Below are positions 1 through 10,082 of a stretch of DNA of 64,000 nt, one piece after another. Location: the NCBI GenBank assembly GCA_046483305.1, contig JAWODM010000014.1, forward strand, positions 32,001 through 96,000, read 5' to 3'. The notes beneath the pieces were generated by a model. That model was not told the DNA's origin. It made no database searches and saw only the letters and a program-made list of their open reading frames with translations. This stretch comes from Candidatus Krumholzibacteriales bacterium (GTDB taxonomy: Bacteria > Krumholzibacteriota > Krumholzibacteriia > Krumholzibacteriales > WJIX01). The translations under genes were made by a program, and so were the position numbers. Position 1 is the stretch's first letter. Each line of letters begins with the position of its first letter.

Positions 1-572
1 CCAGATCTGACAGGAGAAAGATACTGGGGCTGGAAGGTTACGATCATGTTCTGATATTTACCGGAAGGTTAACCAGGCAGAAGGGATTGGATGTGCTTTT
101 CAGGTCGCTCGGCATGATCGGTAACCGGAATTACATTCTGATTATAGCCGGGCGGGGAGAAATGGAACCGCGGCTGAGGGCTCTGGCGGACGAACTGGGG
201 ATAAGTAAAAGGATACGTTTCGCCGGCCCCGTAAAAGACGTCCTGTCGTTATATCAGGCCGGTGATATATTTGTTCTCCCCTCCAGGGATGAAGGCCTTT
301 CCAACTCTCTTCTGGAGGCGATGTCGTCCGGCATGAAAGCAATCGCAACCGGGATAAGCGGGTCATCGGAAGTAATAGAAGATGGCGAGTCGGGGATTCT
401 GGTTCCCCCTGGGGATGAGGCGGCGCTGGCCGGCGCGCTGCGGAAAGCTTTCTCAAATAATAACCATATGGGGGAGAAAGCCAGAGACAGAGTTGTCTCC
501 AACTATTCCATTGGCCGCATAGCCGAAGAATACTTATCGCTCTATTCCAGTCTCACGGGAGATAATCAATGA
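1..572 (+). CDS. Glycosyltransferase family 4 (GT-B), 5'-truncated by the window edge
   Basis: Frame is open from base 3 (..VLIFTGRLTRQKGLDVL); motifs FVLPSRDEGLSNSLLEAMSSG and GILVPPGDEAALA. Confidence 0.9.
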   Translation, partial: RSDRRKILGLEGYDHVLIFTGRLTRQKGLDVLFRSLGMIGNRNYILIIAGRGEMEPRLRALADELGISKRIRFAGPVKDVLSLYQAGDIFVLPSRDEGLSNSLLEAMSSGMKAIATGISGSSEVIEDGESGILVPPGDEAALAGALRKAFSNNNHMGEKARDRVVSNYSIGRIAEEYLSLYSSLTGDNQ

Positions 573-609
573 AACAGAGAGAGGGGAAAGGGCCCCTCGG
601 GCGAAGCCC

Positions 610-3201
610 TTATGCCAGGCTGAAATCCACCGCGCCGTTTTTCCAGTCCGCCTTTACGGAACTGCCTTCGGGGATATCCCTGTCCAGAAGTTTTCTGGCC
701 AGCGGATTGAGAAGCATCTTCTGAATCAGCCTCTTCAACGGCCTGGCCCCATATTCAGGGTCGTAACCCTTCTCCGCGATAACTTCACGGAGTTCGCCGG
801 TTACTTCCAGGGTTATCCCCCTGTCGCGGAGTCTCTGATTGACTTTCTCAATCTGAATATCCACTATCCCTGCTATGTCTTCTCTGGTAAGGAAGTTGAA
901 TGTCACAATCTCATCTATTCTGTTCAGAAATTCAGGCCTGAAGAAATTCTTCAGTTCATTTTTCATCTTCTCCGATATCTCCCGCTCGCTCAGTACATCC
1001 CTCTCGTTGAGGAACCTGCTGCCCAGATTTGAGGTCATTATCACAATGGTGTTCTTGAAATCGACGGTCCTGCCCTTTGCGTCGGTCAGCCGCCCCTCTC
1101 CGAGGAGCTGGAGCAGCACGTTGAAAACCTCCGGATGGGCTTTCTCAATCTCGTCGAAAAGAACCACCGAATAAGGTGTCCTTCTGACTGTCTCGGTCAG
1201 ATAACCTCCTTCATCGTATCCCACATAGCCGGGCGGGGAACCGATAAGCCTGGACACGGAATGTTTCTCCATATATTCGGACATGTCGATTCTCACAATA
1301 TTACGCTCATCTCCAAACAGAATCTCGGCCACAGCCTTGGAGAGCTCGGTCTTTCCCACTCCGGTCGGCCCCAGGAATATAAAGGAACCGAGAGGCTGCT
1401 GCGGATCGTGCAGTCCCGCTCTCGACCTTCTGATCGAATCGCTTACCACCTGGACCGCCTCATCCTGCCCAACCACTCTCTCCCTGATTCTTTCCTCCAG
1501 GTGGGCGATCTTCTGACGCTCCTCCTCCAGCATTCTGCTGACCGGTATGCCGGTCCATCTGCTTACGATTTCAGCGATGTCGTCATCAGTGACCTCTTCG
1601 CGGATGAGCTGGCAGTCTCTTCTGCCGTTCTCCTCGAACTTTTTCCTGGCGAGCTCTATTTCTTTTCGCAGTCCGGCTATAACTCCGTACCGGAGTTCAG
1701 CAACCTTCTCCAGGTTGCCCTCTCTTTTCGCCAGTTCTTCGCTGGTTTTTGCCTCATCCAGCTTCTCCTGCAGTTTCCTGATTTCATCGACCGCTCTTCT
1801 TTCCTTTTCCCAGATATCCTTTATATTCTTCTCCTCTTTCAGAAATTTATCCAGCCGTTTTTCCAGTTCTTTCAGCCTCTTGCTGGTTTGAGGATCATCC
1901 TTTTCTTTTTCCAGGGCCTTCTTCTCTATCTGCAGCCTGGTGACCTTATCCTGAATGAGGGCCAGCCTGGCCGGCACGCTTTCACTCTCCATCCTGAGCC
2001 TTGAAGCCGCCTCGTCTACAAGGTCTATCGCCTTATCGGGGAGGAACCTTCCCCCTATATAGCGGTCCGAAAGCTCAACCGCGTGAACCAGAGCTTTATC
2101 CGTGATCCTGACTCCATGATGGACTTCATATTTTTCCTTCAGCCCTCTCAGAATAGAAATAGCTTCTTCAGGGGTGGGCTCGTCGATTTTTACAATCTGG
2201 AATCTTCTCTCCAGCGCGGCATCCTTTTCGATATACTTTCTGTATTCATCCAGAGTGGTGGCCCCTATGCATTTCAACTCCCCCCTGGCCAGGGATGGCT
2301 TGATCATGTTGGACGCGTCAACAGCGCCTTCAGCGGCCCCGGCGCCTACTATGGTATGAAGCTCGTCTATAAACAGTATTACCTGTCCGGCCCGGTTCTT
2401 AATCTCCTTCAGAACCGCCTTGAATCTCTCCTCGAACTCTCCCCGGAACTTTGCTCCGGCCACTATCGCTCCCATGTCCAGGCCGAGGACCTTCTTGTCC
2501 TTGACGCTCTCCGGGACTTCGCCCTCGGCTATCCGGCGGGCGATGCCCTCCACTATAGCTGTTTTCCCCACACCCGGTTCACCGATAAGCACCGGATTGT
2601 TCTTCTTTCTTCGCGAAAGTACCTGGATAACCCTTCTTATTTCCTCATCTCTGCCGATTACCGGATCCAGTTTTCCCTCACGGGCCAGTTTAACAAAATC
2701 GGTAGTATACTTTTCCAGAGCCTGGTATGTATCCTCGGGGTTCTGATCGGTAATCCTCTGAGACCCCCTTACGGACTCCAGAGCCGCCATAATAGCATCC
2801 CTGGTAATTCCGTGCCTGCCAAGGATTCTTCCGGCGCCGTGACTTTCGTCAGAGAGAACCAGAAGCATGTGCTCTGTACTTACGAATTCATCCTTGAATT
2901 TGGACGCTTCCGCTACGGATGCCGAAAGAATACCCCCCAGATCACCCGATATCCGCGGATCCGGAGGAGAACCCTCAACCCTGGGGAGTTTATTAAGCTC
3001 GCTGTCTATTTCCCCGGCTATCGTTTCCATCCCCACCCCCATCTTATCCAGCAGAGCTGAAACGATCCCGTCCTTCTGCTCTATGAGGGCGCTGAGAAGA
3101 TGCACGGGGGTTATCTCGGTGTGCTTTCTCCGGAATGCTGTTTCCCTCGCGTCAGCCAGGGCCTCTCTTGCTTTTTCCGTAAATTTATCCAATCGATACA
3201 T
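610..3201 (-). CDS. clpB: ATP-dependent disaggregase ClpB
   Basis: 863 aa; two AAA+ modules ([16 protein letters not shown]), [13 protein letters not shown], coiled-coil middle domain, [27 protein letters not shown]. Confidence 0.97.
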   Translation of the reverse strand: MYRLDKFTEKAREALADARETAFRRKHTEITPVHLLSALIEQKDGIVSALLDKMGVGMETIAGEIDSELNKLPRVEGSPPDPRISGDLGGILSASVAEASKFKDEFVSTEHMLLVLSDESHGAGRILGRHGITRDAIMAALESVRGSQRITDQNPEDTYQALEKYTTDFVKLAREGKLDPVIGRDEEIRRVIQVLSRRKKNNPVLIGEPGVGKTAIVEGIARRIAEGEVPESVKDKKVLGLDMGAIVAGAKFRGEFEERFKAVLKEIKNRAGQVILFIDELHTIVGAGAAEGAVDASNMIKPSLARGELKCIGATTLDEYRKYIEKDAALERRFQIVKIDEPTPEEAISILRGLKEKYEVHHGVRITDKALVHAVELSDRYIGGRFLPDKAIDLVDEAASRLRMESESVPARLALIQDKVTRLQIEKKALEKEKDDPQTSKRLKELEKRLDKFLKEEKNIKDIWEKERRAVDEIRKLQEKLDEAKTSEELAKREGNLEKVAELRYGVIAGLRKEIELARKKFEENGRRDCQLIREEVTDDDIAEIVSRWTGIPVSRMLEEERQKIAHLEERIRERVVGQDEAVQVVSDSIRRSRAGLHDPQQPLGSFIFLGPTGVGKTELSKAVAEILFGDERNIVRIDMSEYMEKHSVSRLIGSPPGYVGYDEGGYLTETVRRTPYSVVLFDEIEKAHPEVFNVLLQLLGEGRLTDAKGRTVDFKNTIVIMTSNLGSRFLNERDVLSEREISEKMKNELKNFFRPEFLNRIDEIVTFNFLTREDIAGIVDIQIEKVNQRLRDRGITLEVTGELREVIAEKGYDPEYGARPLKRLIQKMLLNPLARKLLDRDIPEGSSVKADWKNGAVDFSLA

Positions 3202-3243
3202 ATTTATAACTCTCCTTTAAAAAGATTTCTGTATGTTAACTAC

Positions 3244-3260
3244 CGCAGTTTATATGCCAA
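3244..3260 (-). promoter_or_regulatory. Putative sigma54 (-24/-12) promoter of clpB
   Basis: Minus strand TTGGCATATAAACTGCG has GG-N10-GC spacing, about 45 nt upstream of the ATG. Confidence 0.55.
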
Positions 3261-3354
3261 TTCAATGATTGGTAAGCCAAGCTGTTATATTACTTATAGT
3301 TATAACAGTCTCACCTGTTAATAGCTTCCGGAATCAGAAGTACCTTGACTCATG

Positions 3355-3407
3355 TAACTGTCAATATGGCACTATTACCTCATTCAATAGTGCCACCATG
3401 ACAGTTA
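3355..3407. repeat. Interrupted inverted repeat (terminator of the upstream gene, or activator site for clpB)
   Basis: TAACTGTCA-ata-TGGCACTATT-N9-AATAGTGCCA-cca-TGACAGTTA. Confidence 0.6.
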
Positions 3408-5246
3408 TTGCTTCCTTATCTGATCGGAATTAAAGATAGCGGGAAGGTGATATATCGCCTTAACCAGGTTTACTTCATCTTCGGAGGCGTGGTCGACATC
3501 GGGCCTGGTCAGGCCGATCATGATGTGCCCCGAATCCACACTGTGATACAGTCCGATGATATGACCGAATTCATGCACATAGACCACATGCCGGTTGGAT
3601 TTTCTGTTTGCCGCGATCTTCCGGTAATAGATATAGACTCTCTTTTTCGCCGGTGTTCCGTCCGGATTCAGCTCCATGACCTCAACGTGGTGGTTCTTAT
3701 AATCCTCGCTGTAATCATAATAGACATATACATCCGCTTCCTCGACACTGTCCACAAACTCGAAAAGGTCCAGTCCAGTATACTCTTCCCATTCCTGCAT
3801 GCCATCGCTGCATTCCTGCTGCAGGTCAAGAGTATCTGTCACGTCCGGTGAAGGATTGTATACTTTCAGCGGCCAGTGACTCCAACCCTTATAGATGCTG
3901 GTTCCGAACAGGCCTTCAGTGTTGGTCATATCCTTGAACATATCAAGGAAATCATGGTACCGGTCATCCCGCATGGAAACCAGCGGGATATTGGGTACCA
4001 GGTAAAAGTCGATATTCAGATCGCTTCCAAGCATCCCGTATTCATAAAAATAATCGTAGTAATCCCCAATTTCACTTCCATTTTCATCCAGCGCGTGCAT
4101 TACCAGATACTGAATACGGTTGTCAAGGTTCTCGTAATATCCCTCCGCCGATGAAGTGTCCACTGTGGTATTACCTATCTTGACCAGGGCGCCCTCTACA
4201 CCTTCGCCCGTTCCGGCATCTACTACCCGCCCCACTATATCAAATCCGCGAACCTGCAGATGGGGAGAAATCCCGCATATTGAGGACCTGTTCAGAAAAT
4301 CATCCACGGCCTTAACGTACACATAGACTCGCTCTCCCGGTTCCAGTCCGGATATCACCATTGAATCCCTCTCACCTGCATATGAAGGCATGGGCGCCCC
4401 GGACTGCTGACTGGCATTGGCCCAGTCCTCCTCTGAATCTATCCTGACCGTTGATGTCCTTACATCGTAGTATGAAGCCCGGGTCCCCGGATCATTGCCG
4501 TCATCTCCGACGGCGGTCCATTCTATAATCACCGTTCCCTTTGCTTCGCCGGTTCTGCCGGTAAGGTCATCTATACAGGCCGGGGCCAGGGTATCCGGCG
4601 TACCGGTAGCATGTATTTCCCATGCGAGAGTATCCGAGTATTCACTATCCCATACCACCGCATAAATATAGTACTTGCCGTTCTCCATAAATCTGTGGGT
4701 AAGAGACCTGCTCTCTACCAGCATGGAATCTCCCAGAAGGTATTTATATCGCAGGTCTTCCGGGTGGTCGTCAATCACCCTGGTGATTCCGAACTCGAGC
4801 GTATCTGCCAGGGAGCACTGGATCAGTTGCGAATGGGGATAATAATCAACAATTTCGTGAGGCTCGTTCTCGCGCCTCTTGACATTCAGAAACCAGTTCA
4901 CTGAAGTGTACCCCTCGGAGTCGTGAATCCGGCCCTCCACATTATACAATCCGGGGCTATCGTCGGCGCTGAAATTAAAGGAATTTGAATTACAAAGGAT
5001 AGAATCCTGTCCTCCGGGGAGATTTACGATGGCAAAGGAGTAATGAACGTCCTCTCCCTCGGGGTCAACGCCCTCTATATAAAGATCCACCGAACTTCCC
5101 GGGATTATGACCTCCTGCATCTTCTCAGGTGGGAAATACCCGGTGACCACCGGAAGTTTATTGGGCCTCAGCGGGTCGTTCTGAAAAATGCAGGAACTGA
5201 TAAGCAAGAGAACGGCTATGGCAAGTGATGCTTTTCTGTATTTCAT
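3405..5246 (-). CDS. Lipoprotein with Ig/FN3-like domains and a C-terminal matrixin (M10-like) zinc metallopeptidase
   Basis: Lipobox LLISSC; FN3-like WTAVGDDG..ASYYDVR; HEFGHIIGLYH with Met-turn HIM; ATG 5246 preceded by AAGGTGG. Confidence 0.8.
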   Translation of the reverse strand: MKYRKASLAIAVLLLISSCIFQNDPLRPNKLPVVTGYFPPEKMQEVIIPGSSVDLYIEGVDPEGEDVHYSFAIVNLPGGQDSILCNSNSFNFSADDSPGLYNVEGRIHDSEGYTSVNWFLNVKRRENEPHEIVDYYPHSQLIQCSLADTLEFGITRVIDDHPEDLRYKYLLGDSMLVESRSLTHRFMENGKYYIYAVVWDSEYSDTLAWEIHATGTPDTLAPACIDDLTGRTGEAKGTVIIEWTAVGDDGNDPGTRASYYDVRTSTVRIDSEEDWANASQQSGAPMPSYAGERDSMVISGLEPGERVYVYVKAVDDFLNRSSICGISPHLQVRGFDIVGRVVDAGTGEGVEGALVKIGNTTVDTSSAEGYYENLDNRIQYLVMHALDENGSEIGDYYDYFYEYGMLGSDLNIDFYLVPNIPLVSMRDDRYHDFLDMFKDMTNTEGLFGTSIYKGWSHWPLKVYNPSPDVTDTLDLQQECSDGMQEWEEYTGLDLFEFVDSVEEADVYVYYDYSEDYKNHHVEVMELNPDGTPAKKRVYIYYRKIAANRKSNRHVVYVHEFGHIIGLYHSVDSGHIMIGLTRPDVDHASEDEVNLVKAIYHLPAIFNSDQIRKQ

Positions 5247-5331
5247 AATGACCACCTTACGCAGCGGGGTCACTTATATTATAATACATGTGATAGTGAA
5301 TATGGAAAAATTTTGGGAGAAATCAGATTTT

Positions 5332-5643
5332 TTACGGCCGGTTCCCCCATGAAGCTGACTCCAGAAAGTGGGACAGAGATATATCGACAGCTTTTATCAA
5401 CCCTTCCCGGCCGGTTACCCTGATATCAACCACTCCCCCGCCCGGCGAAACGATGAAAAGCTCCCTGTAGACGGACACCTTTATATCCAGGCCCCTTCCG
5501 TTGCGGAATCTTACATCGAAAAGCCCGGCGTCATGAGTAACTTCAGGAGAAAGATTCATTGTCTCCCTGCAGAAATTGTAAAAAAGGCCGCGCAGATAAT
5601 CCTTTTCTATAATCATTCCCAGTGATTTAATCTCTTTATCCAT
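5332..5643 (-). CDS. Hypothetical protein (103 aa), third gene of the ParA-CBM48 unit
   Basis: ATG lies 3 nt after the upstream stop; no motif recognised. Confidence 0.65.
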   Translation of the reverse strand: MDKEIKSLGMIIEKDYLRGLFYNFCRETMNLSPEVTHDAGLFDVRFRNGRGLDIKVSVYRELFIVSPGGGVVDIRVTGREGLIKAVDISLSHFLESASWGNRP

Positions 5644-5646
5644 AAT

Positions 5647-6444
5647 CTACCCGGCCGCTGTCTCTCCATTTTCCCTCAGACCGGCACTTATCCTCTGCAA
5701 CACCTCGTTCATGAAAGATATGAACGACCCGCCGGAGGGAGGTTTCTTCATTTCCGGTTTAAATTCCTTCATTTCCGGGAGAGGTATGGTCTCGATTCCG
5801 GCTACCCTGTCATCATCAGGACCAGGCCTCCCCGCCACGAATATACTGGCAGCCGGAACGAATTCTTTTATTCTCTTCAGCAGATGCCCGGCATCCTCTT
5901 CCGGTCGGCGATTTATGATAATCAATGCATCGGGATCCGCGCAGGAACTTTTATTCCGGAGTGAATACATCGAACTCCGTTCAGCGATACTCTCCAGGGG
6001 GGCGGGTTCCCTCCCCGAACTGTAACTGAAAGCGTTAATTATAAAGTGCGGGGCGGAGCTGAAGATGAAACTGTCTTCGAACGGTTTCAGAAAAGAACTT
6101 TCGGTGGAGCAGGCAAACCTCAGAAGGGGTGAAATCATTTCATTTATGCAGGTTCCTCTGTCCACCCATGGCATCAGGTACCTGCCCGGGTCCAAGGCGA
6201 AGTAATATCCCGAATTCGGCAGGCCCTTTCCCACCTCAATCAGCGTAACCGGGCTGCTGCGCCCGGCTATGAACGAAGAGATTCCACTGGCGAATAAAGC
6301 CCTGGATGGCGAACCCTCAGGAAAAATCAGCCATATTACATATTCGGGGAAAGCTGTACCGGAAACCCTTTCCCTATCGCCTCCGGACAGAAAAAGGTGA
6401 ATATAATTACTCAGTTCTGATGGCTGCCTGTCATCTGCTGGCAT
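5647..6444 (-). CDS. Hypothetical protein, probable degenerate MinD/ParA-fold protein without Walker A
   Basis: ATG lies 2 nt after the parA stop; segment ALFASGISSFIAGRSSPVTLIEVGKGLPNSGYYF follows the MinD/FleN pattern. Confidence 0.6.
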   Translation of the reverse strand: MPADDRQPSELSNYIHLFLSGGDRERVSGTAFPEYVIWLIFPEGSPSRALFASGISSFIAGRSSPVTLIEVGKGLPNSGYYFALDPGRYLMPWVDRGTCINEMISPLLRFACSTESSFLKPFEDSFIFSSAPHFIINAFSYSSGREPAPLESIAERSSMYSLRNKSSCADPDALIIINRRPEEDAGHLLKRIKEFVPAASIFVAGRPGPDDDRVAGIETIPLPEMKEFKPEMKKPPSGGSFISFMNEVLQRISAGLRENGETAAG

Positions 6445-6446
6445 AT

Positions 6447-7514
6447 CTATACGACTAGAAGTGAGTTCTCCTGACCAAATTCATTCATTATGGTATCTCT
6501 GTTTCTGGGATCCTTTATCCAGACCCCGTCCACAATGAATCTGTATTCATACTCTCCGGGGCCCAGATACATGGTAGTCTTCCAGAGGCCGTCATCCCGG
6601 TCTTTTTCCATCCTTATGCTGTCCGGTGACCAGTTTACGAATTCTCCGGTCAGAAATACGCATTCAGCGCCGGGAGCATCTATCGAGAAAATAACCCCCT
6701 CCTCCACAACCTTGGGCCCGTGAAGGCGGGTCATCCATCCTCGCACATCCTCTATGTCCAGATGGGCGTCTTTCTCTTCTAACTCCCTTGCCAATTGGAT
6801 GAATTCTCCATGCAGCCGTTCTGCCTCCTTTACCTCGAAGATCGGCACCCCCATCAGGGCGGCTGACTTAAGATAGACTGAATGGCTGATAAAACTCTCC
6901 ATCAGGTGCAGGTCGTAATCTCTTTCCAGCTGCCTGGCAAAATCCCTTGAAAATTTGGTTCTCCGGTCCAGATTGTTGATGAGGATGTGTTTTACAAGAA
7001 CATGTTCGGTTTCATTCTGGAGAAGTTCAACCGTTTCCATAAGCCTCTCCAGGCCGTTCAACGAAAAGTAACTCGGCTCCACCGGAATAAGAACCTCTTT
7101 TGAAGCGATCAGGGTATTGAATGTAAGCAGCCCGATATTGGGGGGCGAATCAATAATAACAAAATCGTACTTTTCATGATGCCTGGCAAGTTTGGAACCG
7201 AGCCTGAATTCCTTGCCGTTCACTCCGGAAAGCTGCTGCTCCAGAGCGCTGAGAACGGGGGTCGAAGCAACCAGGTGAAATCCATCGCAGTACTCACACA
7301 CCGCCTCGGAAAGCTTGACTTTCGGATAGGCCAGCAGGTCGTAAGTTGTCTTTTCTTTTATTTTTATGTTAAGCCCAAGAGATGCGTGAGCCTGCGGGTC
7401 CATATCGATCAACAGCACATTGTTGCCCCGCAACCTTAACGCCGCGGCCAGATTGATAGACACAGTAGTTTTGCCGCATCCACCCTTTTGATTAACTACT
7501 GAGATCACTCTCAT
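6447..7514 (-). CDS. ParA/Soj-family ATPase fused to a C-terminal CBM48/AMPK-beta-type glycogen-binding domain
   Basis: Deviant Walker A NQKGGCGKTT, LIDMDPQA, IIDSPP; C-terminal APGAECVFLTGEFVNW..GLW..LGPGEYEYRFIVDGVW..DP; ATG 7514 with SD AAGGAGA. Confidence 0.9.
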   Translation of the reverse strand: MRVISVVNQKGGCGKTTVSINLAAALRLRGNNVLLIDMDPQAHASLGLNIKIKEKTTYDLLAYPKVKLSEAVCEYCDGFHLVASTPVLSALEQQLSGVNGKEFRLGSKLARHHEKYDFVIIDSPPNIGLLTFNTLIASKEVLIPVEPSYFSLNGLERLMETVELLQNETEHVLVKHILINNLDRRTKFSRDFARQLERDYDLHLMESFISHSVYLKSAALMGVPIFEVKEAERLHGEFIQLARELEEKDAHLDIEDVRGWMTRLHGPKVVEEGVIFSIDAPGAECVFLTGEFVNWSPDSIRMEKDRDDGLWKTTMYLGPGEYEYRFIVDGVWIKDPRNRDTIMNEFGQENSLLVV

Positions 7515-7759
7515 TTTATCTCCTTCGGCTGTCCGTACAATCAGATCAATGACAAAAAATAAAACAGGGCCGCTATTCCCCTGGATACGGCCCGCAATTA
7601 AACCTATAATCATTTATTAGCATTTTACTGATATCTGTTGTTGTTAAAAAACTCCGGGGTTCCTTATCAAATCCTTTCTTCTGAAAAAACAACTGCCTCT
7701 TCACACCTGATTGCATTTTCCCAGTTAAAAATAAACCCTGTCAAGCCTTTTTTAGATTT

Positions 7760-8185
7760 TCAGAAAAAAACAATAAGAGCCACCAGAAGGCCCAGCGCGA
7801 AACCTCCAAGCACTTCTGCCCAGGTGTGGCCGATAAGCTCCCTCAGCTCACTGGCATCCAGATGGTGAGTTTTACTGACCTTGTCAATTATCTCGTTAAG
7901 GACCTTTGCCTGCTTGCCTACCTCCTGCCGGAGCCCGGTTGCCTCAAAGATAAAGTAGAGGCTGAAAATCAGTGTTATCCCGAAGAGTACCGAATTGACA
8001 CCCCGGTATACCCCTACCCCCACGGTCAAAGTGGTCACCAGGGCTGTATGCGAACTGGGCATACCGCCGGTATCCAGTATGCGAAGGAATCTGAACTCGC
8101 CTTCCTGCAGAAAGTGGACGACCGGTTTGAACACCTGGGCGGTAACCACACTTATCAGAGCTGCTATTCCGACAATATGAATCAA
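7760..8185 (-). CDS. Divergent PAP2 family membrane protein (DUF212)
   Basis: AQVFK, GGMPSSHTA, ATGLRQEVGKQAKVLN, LRELIGHTWAEV; TTG start with AGGAG. Confidence 0.9.
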   Translation of the reverse strand: MIHIVGIAALISVVTAQVFKPVVHFLQEGEFRFLRILDTGGMPSSHTALVTTLTVGVGVYRGVNSVLFGITLIFSLYFIFEATGLRQEVGKQAKVLNEIIDKVSKTHHLDASELRELIGHTWAEVLGGFALGLLVALIVFF

Positions 8186-8226
8186 ACTGCGTTCTCCTTA
8201 AATATGACCCGGCCGGAGAGGGTGAT

Positions 8227-9831
8227 TTAATTCTGATCCTTCCGGTACCATTCGTGCAGATTATGATAACAGCTGATCGCATCCGGTTCGGCCCCGCCGA
8301 ACTTCCTGTTCAGAACGAATATGGTATGCGAGAAATAAAGGAAGGTATAGGGCTGTTCATAATAAATTATTTCCTGAGCCTTTCGGAACAGAGGCCTGGC
8401 TTCCTCGAAATCAAGTGTGCTGGCGGCCAGTTCATTCAGGCTGTCCACGGTGGTGTTGCAGTAATCCACCCGGTTGTAACCGCCTTTCTTTCTGGCATCA
8501 CAACTCCAGATCGGGGCGAGGTCCGCCTTGGTTCCGGTGCGCCAGGCAGTGATAATAGCTTCAAAATCAGATGACTTGTGCTTATTCAGCATAACTGTCC
8601 ATTCCAGCTGAACCGGATTGGCTTTTATCCCCACCTTCCTCAGCATCTCCTGCACCATAACCTGTATATCGGCCCTGACCTGGCTGCCGTGATTGGTAAG
8701 AAGCTCAAACTCGAACCTCTCTCCCCCCCGGTCCAGGAATCCGTCTCCGTCCGTATCGGAGAATCCTTCCGCCCTGAGTATCTCCAGAGCTCTGTCAGGG
8801 TCATAGGGAAGAGGTTCAATATCCGGATTGTAAGCCCATATCAGCGGGATGAAAGGGCTCACACATTCCTCCGCATAACCGTATTTGGCGTTCTCGATAA
8901 TCTTCTTTCTGTCTATCGCCATGGTAAGAGCCCTTCTTACCTGAACGGAGCCGAAAGGTTCCACCGCCCCGTTCCAACCTATATAGTTGTAACCCCTGCC
9001 CAGAAAATCGAAAATCCTGAGTTCCGGGTTATCTCGGATTATGTTGTCAATCTGGTCCTCCGGGACCGCCTCCATGCAATCCACCTCTCCGTCTCTCAGC
9101 TGGGTAACCAAAGTTACCTGGTCGGGGATAATCTTGAAAATTACCCTGCTGAGACGCGGCTTACCCTCTTCATAATACAGGGGGTTTGCTTTCAGTACCA
9201 GTTTCTGCCCCTTTTCCCACTTCTCAATCATAAAGGGGCCGGTGACCGGGAATCGCTCGACCGGAACCTGCCCCAGTTCCCGGTGAGGTATATCCTTTAT
9301 TATATGGGCGGGAAGTATGGGGCCGTCGCGGGTGTCCATCACCTGATAGGGATATACCCTGTTGAAGTGATACACTACGGTATGATCGTCTATCGCCTCG
9401 ACACTGTCTATGTGTTCCTTGAGGTGCCGGCCGCTCCAGCCGGTCGCGGGGTCTTTCTGAGCCCGGAAGGTTTCCAGTATATCCCTGGATGTGAATTCAA
9501 CCCCGTCGCTCCAGTAAACGTCCTCCCTGAGTTTAAAGGTAAGTTTTTTCCGGTCTTCCGAGAATTCATATGAAGTGGCAAGCCTGGGCTGGAAAGTCAT
9601 GAAATCATCATTCTCGTCAAGAAGGGGTAAAAACATCTGCTCATATATATCCCGGGCGTGAGCATCCGTGGTACTCATCGGATTGAGCCCTTCATAGTTA
9701 CTCATCTCTCCAACTATCAGGGTTCCCTCCCTTATCACGCCCTCCTTCTCCCCGGAACACGAGAAGCCGGCAGCAGCGGCGGAAACAGCAATAAGTATTA
9801 TCAGATACCTGAAATATTCAGACTTAAACAT
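8227..9831 (-). CDS. Peptide ABC transporter substrate-binding lipoprotein (SBP family 5)
   Basis: Lipobox GFSC; LREDVYWSDG, TGPFMI, VRRALTMAIDR. Confidence 0.92.
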   Translation of the reverse strand: MFKSEYFRYLIILIAVSAAAAGFSCSGEKEGVIREGTLIVGEMSNYEGLNPMSTTDAHARDIYEQMFLPLLDENDDFMTFQPRLATSYEFSEDRKKLTFKLREDVYWSDGVEFTSRDILETFRAQKDPATGWSGRHLKEHIDSVEAIDDHTVVYHFNRVYPYQVMDTRDGPILPAHIIKDIPHRELGQVPVERFPVTGPFMIEKWEKGQKLVLKANPLYYEEGKPRLSRVIFKIIPDQVTLVTQLRDGEVDCMEAVPEDQIDNIIRDNPELRIFDFLGRGYNYIGWNGAVEPFGSVQVRRALTMAIDRKKIIENAKYGYAEECVSPFIPLIWAYNPDIEPLPYDPDRALEILRAEGFSDTDGDGFLDRGGERFEFELLTNHGSQVRADIQVMVQEMLRKVGIKANPVQLEWTVMLNKHKSSDFEAIITAWRTGTKADLAPIWSCDARKKGGYNRVDYCNTTVDSLNELAASTLDFEEARPLFRKAQEIIYYEQPYTFLYFSHTIFVLNRKFGGAEPDAISCYHNLHEWYRKDQN

Positions 9832-10082
9832 TATCCACTCCTTTACGCGCCCTGTAGACTAAAAAATTAACCGCAGGGGGACAAAATTCCATCCAAACAT
9901 TATTTTAATTGATTACTCCCGATATCCCAAATAAATAATTCAGGCCGGGGGCTGAAACAGGGCATCTTCTGGAATTATCCGGTTGAGTGGCATGGATATT
10001 GTTTGTTACTCTGGTAAAGAGTGCCGGCCTGGATGAAACCGGGTAATTTTTTTCCATTGACCGTTAGAAAAGGGGGCAAAAG

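Noticed and set aside
875..3060. Long opposite-strand ORFs over clpB (similar ones over dnaE, accA, panB, thiC and the subtilase)
   Set aside because: Antisense shadows of well-supported genes; no motifs or RBS
3367..3395. CIRCE (HrcA operator) upstream of clpB
   Set aside because: GCACT..AGTGC arms are 15 nt apart versus 11 in TTAGCACTC-N9-GAGTGCTAA, and the arms differ
9988..10002. Sigma54-like TGGCATGGATATTGT before the Ig-domain lipoprotein
   Set aside because: -12 element reads GT rather than GC; too weak without TSS data
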